Of a stretch of 64,000 nt of DNA, positions 59,475 through 64,000 are shown piece after piece. A program made the position numbers and the translations under genes. The number at the start of each line of letters is the position of its first letter. The stretch's first letter is position 1. Origin of the DNA: an uncultured cyanobacterium (lineage in GTDB: Bacteria; Cyanobacteriota; Cyanobacteriia; Pseudanabaenales; Pseudanabaenaceae); the NCBI GenBank assembly GCA_963703315.1, contig OY969811.1:4000001-4064000 (forward strand), read 5' to 3'. The notes under the pieces were generated by a model, which made no database searches, was not told the origin of the DNA, and saw only the letters and a program-made list of their open reading frames with translations.

Positions 59475-59716
59475 ATTACAACCCAAGAATTGATTGGCGG
59501 CGCGGAGCGCCGCCAATCAATTCTTGGGTTGTATGTTTTAGTACACTTGGCGACAGATGTAGCTGCAACTAATAAGCGATCGCATATTTGCTGTAAAGTT
59601 CTCGCCTCATCATCGGAGATATGCATAGCAAAATATTCAGAAATTCCCTCGGCGTAGACTACCCACATTTTTTGTTGCATCGCTAAACCTGCCTCAGTTA
59701 AGACTGCGTAAGTCCC
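59453..59716 (-). pseudogene. 3' fragment of a MarR-family regulator
   Basis: GTYAVLTEAGLAMQQKMWVVYAEGISEYFA.HISDDEARTLQQI; the N-terminal HTH is absent. Confidence 0.65.
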
Positions 59717-59717
59717 G

Positions 59718-59858
59718 CTTGATTTAAAAGCGGTTCCTAATAGCCCTTGGAATCAAAATATTTTAGGTGCAGAAGTCAAGCCCAATGTCGAAGCGAGCGC
59801 CTCTCCAAATAATGAAATTCTGTCAGAAATTAAACGCCTATGGGAACGTGCTAATTAA
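59718..59858 (+). pseudogene. 3' fragment of an unidentified gene
   Basis: Start-less frame LDLKAVPNSPWNQNILG...EILSEIKRLWERAN* followed by a terminator-like hairpin. Confidence 0.4.
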
Positions 59859-60046
59859 AACCCCTTACGAGATTGGGGTTTTATAGCTGTCGCCATTCTT
59901 GTTAGAACATAAAACCCAAATAGTGTGAGGCGGCGCGAAGCGTCGCCTCACACTATTTGGGTTTTGAAGCTATAGCTACCTCTTTGTACTGGTATAGCCA
60001 AATAGTCATCCATACCTTTAGCTAGATTCACATCTTGAAATACTTT

Positions 60047-60064
60047 GTTATATTTCTTTACATA
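60047..60064 (+). promoter_or_regulatory. HLR1-like (RpaB-binding) direct repeat
   Basis: Identical GTTATATTTCTTTACATA upstream of hli copy 2. Confidence 0.7.
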
Positions 60065-60089
60065 AGGAATTCAAACAAAGGAAAAAGCA

Positions 60090-60299
60090 ATGTCTAACAG
60101 CTATAGAGTCGATGACCGTGGTGTACTTAACAACTTCGCAATTGAACCAAAGATGTATGTCGAAGAAACCACAAAAGCTGGCTTTACTCCTTATGCTGAA
60201 TTGCTAAACGGTAGACTTGCCATGATTGGCTTCGTATCTCTCCTCATTACAGAAGCTGCTACAGGACATGGGTTGATTTGGTTGCTAGGGAATCTATAA
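60090..60299 (+). CDS. hli: High-light-inducible protein (HLIP), second copy
   Basis: Paralogue of 59187-59396 with the same motifs. Confidence 0.93.
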   Translation: MSNSYRVDDRGVLNNFAIEPKMYVEETTKAGFTPYAELLNGRLAMIGFVSLLITEAATGHGLIWLLGNL

Positions 60300-60424
60300 A
60301 TCTTGACTGTTCCCGATCAAAATGTTTGAGACAAAGTAAAAACGATTATTCGACCCTACCCAAAAGGTAGGGTTTTTTAGTCTAAATAAAACAATGGCGT
60401 TGCTTTGCAACGCCATTGTTTTAT

Positions 60425-61273
60425 TTAGACTTTCTGCCAAAGCTGAATTTCATAGCACAGATGCTGATGGAAAAGGGATGATGCTTGGAGACCTTCAGTA
60501 ATCAATTTTTTGATTGATTGTCCGAAAAAGTAGTGCAGAACTTTATAGATTGGAGGCACTGCGATCGCGATTAAATTGCCGATATATTTCATCGTGGAAA
60601 CGCCAAAGGTTTGGAAGCTCTGCACACAAATATCCAAAGTTGGGGCGATATGTGCCGAAATATCGTCAGTCTTGACTAATTTAAATCCAGCATTCTCCAT
60701 TGATTTGTGTAGATCAGCATTAAGCAAACAGTTGGAAAACATACCTTCCTTATATTCAGGATCTTTTCGCAACATATCTGCTAATAGTACATAACTGCCA
60801 GATTTCACCACCGCAGCCGAACCATCAGCTATCATTTCTGATGACATATATTGAGTGCTTTCGCTAAATAAAATGAGATCATAAGTAAGCTGTGAAGAAT
60901 ACTTTTCAGGGGCTTTCACAAATTCTTGAAAGGTATCGACATGGAATAAAGCTTTGCCATTGGTGCGTTCTAGGAAATTAGCTTGTTGCAGTGGATCGGG
61001 AGCTAATCCCTCAACTTGCAAACCCTTCTCAATCATTGCTACAGCATTATCACCATTGCCACAACCGACATCTAATACAGTGTGAATATGTGCGGGTAAA
61101 AAAGATAGAAGATGTGTTGCATAGGCTTCTTGAGCGACACGTAGCTTGGTAACAGTCAACTCATCTGTGGGTGATGGAATTGGTTCCCAATAACCATAGT
61201 GAAGGTAGGAAGAACCTGTCAGATCTCGGTAGTACTGGAGTGCAGCGTTTTGGTAGCGAATTACATTGTTCAT
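60425..61273 (-). CDS. Class I SAM-dependent methyltransferase
   Basis: YLHYGYW, VLDVGCG.G and YDLILFSESTQY motifs. Confidence 0.88.
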   Translation of the reverse strand: MNNVIRYQNAALQYYRDLTGSSYLHYGYWEPIPSPTDELTVTKLRVAQEAYATHLLSFLPAHIHTVLDVGCGNGDNAVAMIEKGLQVEGLAPDPLQQANFLERTNGKALFHVDTFQEFVKAPEKYSSQLTYDLILFSESTQYMSSEMIADGSAAVVKSGSYVLLADMLRKDPEYKEGMFSNCLLNADLHKSMENAGFKLVKTDDISAHIAPTLDICVQSFQTFGVSTMKYIGNLIAIAVPPIYKVLHYFFGQSIKKLITEGLQASSLFHQHLCYEIQLWQKV

Positions 61274-61402
61274 AGATTAGTTAATATAGCAGTTTTCAGA
61301 TTAGGAATTTGGAACTTAATACTTAATAAAGAACCCATTTTTGATGCGGGCAGCTAAGCCGCCCTCATCAAAAATGGGTTCTTTAATTACAGGTTTTTAC
61401 GC

Positions 61403-61849
61403 TCATTTATGTGTTTCTAAACAAGGCTGAAATTCTTCCCATCGGCGGCTGACTTGCTCGTAACAGTCAGGTGGAAATATTTTCAGATTTTGAAAAAGAT
61501 TGATTTCGAGATGCTGCTCCATCTTCATCAGTAGAACAATCTCTTTGTCTGGGGCATAATTCTCGACAGCTTGCACAAGAATAGCGATCAATTCTTGATC
61601 GAGAGAAAAAGCTTGAATTGAAGAGATTAATTCTTGTGCAGCAATAAATTGGGATTTGAATTGGGTAACTTCTAAGCCTGTGTTACTGGGAGCGATCGCA
61701 CTGTGATCGACATCACAAACTACGACTCCACGACCATGTTGCAAAAAGCCTTGCCATGCAGAATAGCCGATCATCATTAAGTTGTTGTGAATAAAGCTTT
61801 TTTGCCAATAGCCAAAATTGCCTTGCCAATCGCTATCTTTTAACTTCAT
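61403..61849 (-). CDS. Hypothetical protein downstream of a cobalamin riboswitch
   Basis: 148-aa ORF with RBS GAGGT; IGY.AWQGF...GRG.V and PP.CY..V.RRWEEF segments. Confidence 0.75.
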   Translation of the reverse strand: MKLKDSDWQGNFGYWQKSFIHNNLMMIGYSAWQGFLQHGRGVVVCDVDHSAIAPSNTGLEVTQFKSQFIAAQELISSIQAFSLDQELIAILVQAVENYAPDKEIVLLMKMEQHLEINLFQNLKIFPPDCYEQVSRRWEEFQPCLETHK

Positions 61850-61887
61850 CTATTACCTCGTAGATGTAGATTTATGGATTTGAAATG

Positions 61888-62013
61888 AGCTTCGGCGGGC
61901 GTTCTGACTCTTTCTGCTTACCAACAGAAAATCACAGTTGCGGGACAGCGTTGGATTTGCACCAATCTTTCCCCATTACTTTCAGTGACTGCTCCTCACT
62001 AAAACCGAAAGCT
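61888..62013 (-). promoter_or_regulatory. Cobalamin (B12) riboswitch
   Basis: Minus strand reads AGCTTTCGGTT..AATGGGGAAAG.TTGGTGCAAATCCAA.GCTGTCCCGCAACTGTGA..GAGTCAGAACGCCCGCCGAAGCT: B12-box plus closing P1. Extended -10 TGTTATACT at 62030-62022. Confidence 0.92.
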
Positions 62014-62126
62014 GAAGTCAAAGTATAACATCTATGGCGATTGGCAGTTTTTCATAGACAAGCTGCAACGGCTATATTAGTATAGGCGGCACTTAGTACG
62101 GCTCATCCTCATCCTAAAATCCGACT

Positions 62127-63419
62127 ATGGATCTTGAACTTTCGCGATTTTATAAGGCTTGTAACCCGACACATCCCCTTGACTCCAGTAATGAAGAGGA
62201 TCGCAGCTATTATGTCGATCTCTCAACGGTGCGAGGCGAAAAGCTGATTCAGAGTTTGTCGCGCAAGATTGTCAAGATTTCGCCCGATGAGTCCACCTGT
62301 CAGTTATTTACAGGACATATCGGCTGTGGCAAATCGACGGAGCTTTTGCGGCTGAAGCATGAACTAACCGAGAAAAAATTTCATGTGGCGTATTTTGAAT
62401 GCGATCGCCAGTTAGAACTAAGTGATGTCGATGCGAGTGATATTTTATTAGCGATCGCAGGACAGCTTAGCAATGGTTTAGAAAAGGAAGGGATTAATAT
62501 TATTCCTGAATACTTCAAAAAGCTATTTGGCGAACTGAAGGATATCTTACAAACAAAGCTTGATTTGAGCGCAAATTTCAAGCTGTCAGTGGGGATTGCC
62601 GAGATTACGGCTCAAGCTAAGAATAGTCCGTCATTGCGGCGACAAATGCGCGAACGGTTAGAGTCACGCACCAATAGCATTATCAATTCGATCAATAGAG
62701 AATTACTGGCTCCTGCTAAGGAAAAGCTGAAAGCTAATGGCATGAATGGCTTAGTCGTGATTGTGGATAATCTTGATCGCATTGAAAATCGTATCGATCT
62801 GAAGGAGCAGTCAAGGGCTGGATATTTGTTTGTCGAACGGGGCGATCAGTTGCGGGGGCTAGATTGCCATGTGGTGTATACAGTTCCGTTGTTGCTGACT
62901 TTTTCCAACGATGCGGCGATCGTGCAGAGTCGATTTGGAACCGATATTAAAACTTTGCCGATGGTTCCTGCGCGGTTGCAGGATGGCAGTGAGTGCGAGG
63001 CAGGAATGGCGCTACTCAGACAAATTGTGATGGCGAGAGCGTTCCCAAAGGTTAATTCCGTGCAACGGATTAATAGTGAATTTGTGAATAAAGTATTTGA
63101 TACTCCACAAACTCTCGATCGCCTATGTCAAGCTAGTGGTGGTCATGTTCGCAATTTATTTCGCTTACTGTACGGTTGCTTAGAGCAAGATGATCCACCG
63201 ATTACGGCTAAATTAGTCGAGAGTATCATCGCTAAGGAACGGAATAAGATGTTGAAGACGATTGATGAAAAAGAATTAGAATTAATCCAGAAAGTACGGC
63301 AGGATAAGCGGGTACGTGGCGAGTCGGAGTATCAGACTCTAATCAAGAGCCAGTTTGTGTTTGAGTACGAGTATCAGGGTAATAGTTGGTTTGATGTGAA
63401 TCCAATTTTGGATGACTAG
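62127..63419 (+). CDS. P-loop (AAA/STAND-like) ATPase
   Basis: LFTGHIGCGKSTEL, VIVDNLDR, SGGHVRNL and WFDVNPIL motifs. Confidence 0.88.
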   Translation: MDLELSRFYKACNPTHPLDSSNEEDRSYYVDLSTVRGEKLIQSLSRKIVKISPDESTCQLFTGHIGCGKSTELLRLKHELTEKKFHVAYFECDRQLELSDVDASDILLAIAGQLSNGLEKEGINIIPEYFKKLFGELKDILQTKLDLSANFKLSVGIAEITAQAKNSPSLRRQMRERLESRTNSIINSINRELLAPAKEKLKANGMNGLVVIVDNLDRIENRIDLKEQSRAGYLFVERGDQLRGLDCHVVYTVPLLLTFSNDAAIVQSRFGTDIKTLPMVPARLQDGSECEAGMALLRQIVMARAFPKVNSVQRINSEFVNKVFDTPQTLDRLCQASGGHVRNLFRLLYGCLEQDDPPITAKLVESIIAKERNKMLKTIDEKELELIQKVRQDKRVRGESEYQTLIKSQFVFEYEYQGNSWFDVNPILDD

Positions 63420-63430
63420 AGGAAAGTTCT

Positions 63431-64000
63431 ATGAGCGATCGCACCGATATAATTGCAGAAAATAATCGCGATGCCCTGCGGCGATTGATGCGAATTGTGA
63501 CGCGATCGCAAGGGTTTTCTTTGTCGATCGCTTTGTGTAACTATCGCGTATTGCAGGAGCGCGTATTGCATGACTTGCGATCGCACCTAGCGGAGCATGA
63601 CTTACCAGAAACTGCGATCGCCATACTTGAACTGGAACCTGATGCGAAGACTTTACTTGCGCCAATTCAGAAATTAATGGCAGAGGTGCATAAACTTCCA
63701 TCTGAACAGAAACCCAAGGTGTTAATGGTTTTGGGATTGGATGCAGTTATAGAAATCGAAGCAGTTCTCAAATCGGCAAATCGGGTAAGAGAAGAATTTG
63801 CCAATTGCTTAGAATTTCCGATGGTGTTGTGGTTGAGCGATCGCACTCAGGACATTCTCACTCGCGAGGCTAGTGATCTGGCGAATTGGACGACAGCAGG
63901 GGCGATCGAGCTTCAGCTTGAGGCTGTAGAACTAAAAGTATTAGTGCAAGATTCTTTAAATGCGATATTTAATCGCTATTTACAACCTCAAGGCTTAGGC
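63431..64000 (+). CDS. Partner of the ATPase, N-terminal inactive-NTPase-like domain (partial)
   Basis: Not in the ORF track. The frame is open to the window end: MSDRTDIIAENNRDALRRL..SQGFSLSIALCNY..LMVLGLD..ANRVREEF..FPMVLWL..EASDLANW. Confidence 0.8.
   Translation, partial: MSDRTDIIAENNRDALRRLMRIVTRSQGFSLSIALCNYRVLQERVLHDLRSHLAEHDLPETAIAILELEPDAKTLLAPIQKLMAEVHKLPSEQKPKVLMVLGLDAVIEIEAVLKSANRVREEFANCLEFPMVLWLSDRTQDILTREASDLANWTTAGAIELQLEAVELKVLVQDSLNAIFNRYLQPQGLG

Larger units (their letters stand above)
1..64000. repeat. HIP1 (GCGATCGC) highly iterated palindrome
   Basis: Recurs throughout core genes; not seen in 7.6-10.0 kb, the AbiTii gene or the R-M genes. Confidence 0.95.

Noticed and set aside
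59375..59572. 65-aa ORF spanning the hairpins after hli
   Set aside because: Reads through a terminator and a perfect palindrome; no coding signature.
63429..63701. 90-aa minus-strand ORF
   Set aside because: Antisense to the plus-strand gene starting at 63431.

Overview
A 64-kb chromosomal window from a cyanobacterium. The HIP1 octamer GCGATCGC is abundant throughout, and the gene content and intergenic hairpins are Pseudanabaena-like (inference). Core genes: purL, ycf45-like, ldpA, a PatA-type regulator, a CDC48-like ATPase, pcrA, a Ser/Thr kinase, glcD, putA, murE, cyaC and two hli copies. Four AT-rich accessory blocks interrupt them. (1) 7.6-10.0 kb: a HIP1-free, overlapping three-gene operon of a P-loop ATPase, a stand-alone inactive-STAND-like partner and a putative His-motif effector. 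(2) 14.4-21.4 kb: a toxin-antitoxin (TA) graveyard separated by a HIP1-bearing repeat, with an AbiTii protein and an IS1634 inserted in xisI. (3) 31.4-38.5 kb: TA pairs, an EACC1-like/caspase-RDD pair and an IS1 inserted in an antitoxin. (4) 47.9-53.7 kb: a defence island (HNH, type II R-M, MNT/HEPN, RelE/XRE) whose modules are each bracketed by copies of one ~90-bp repeat made of a DUF29 gene start plus HIP1 sites, an integron-like layout with no integrase visible. Also present: a cobalamin riboswitch ahead of an uncharacterised gene, nested TA-flanked MITE-like elements, and GNA-loop hairpins whose arms mirror neighbouring gene ends. No rRNA, tRNA or CRISPR array was seen. All family assignments come from motif recognition by eye, not database searches.
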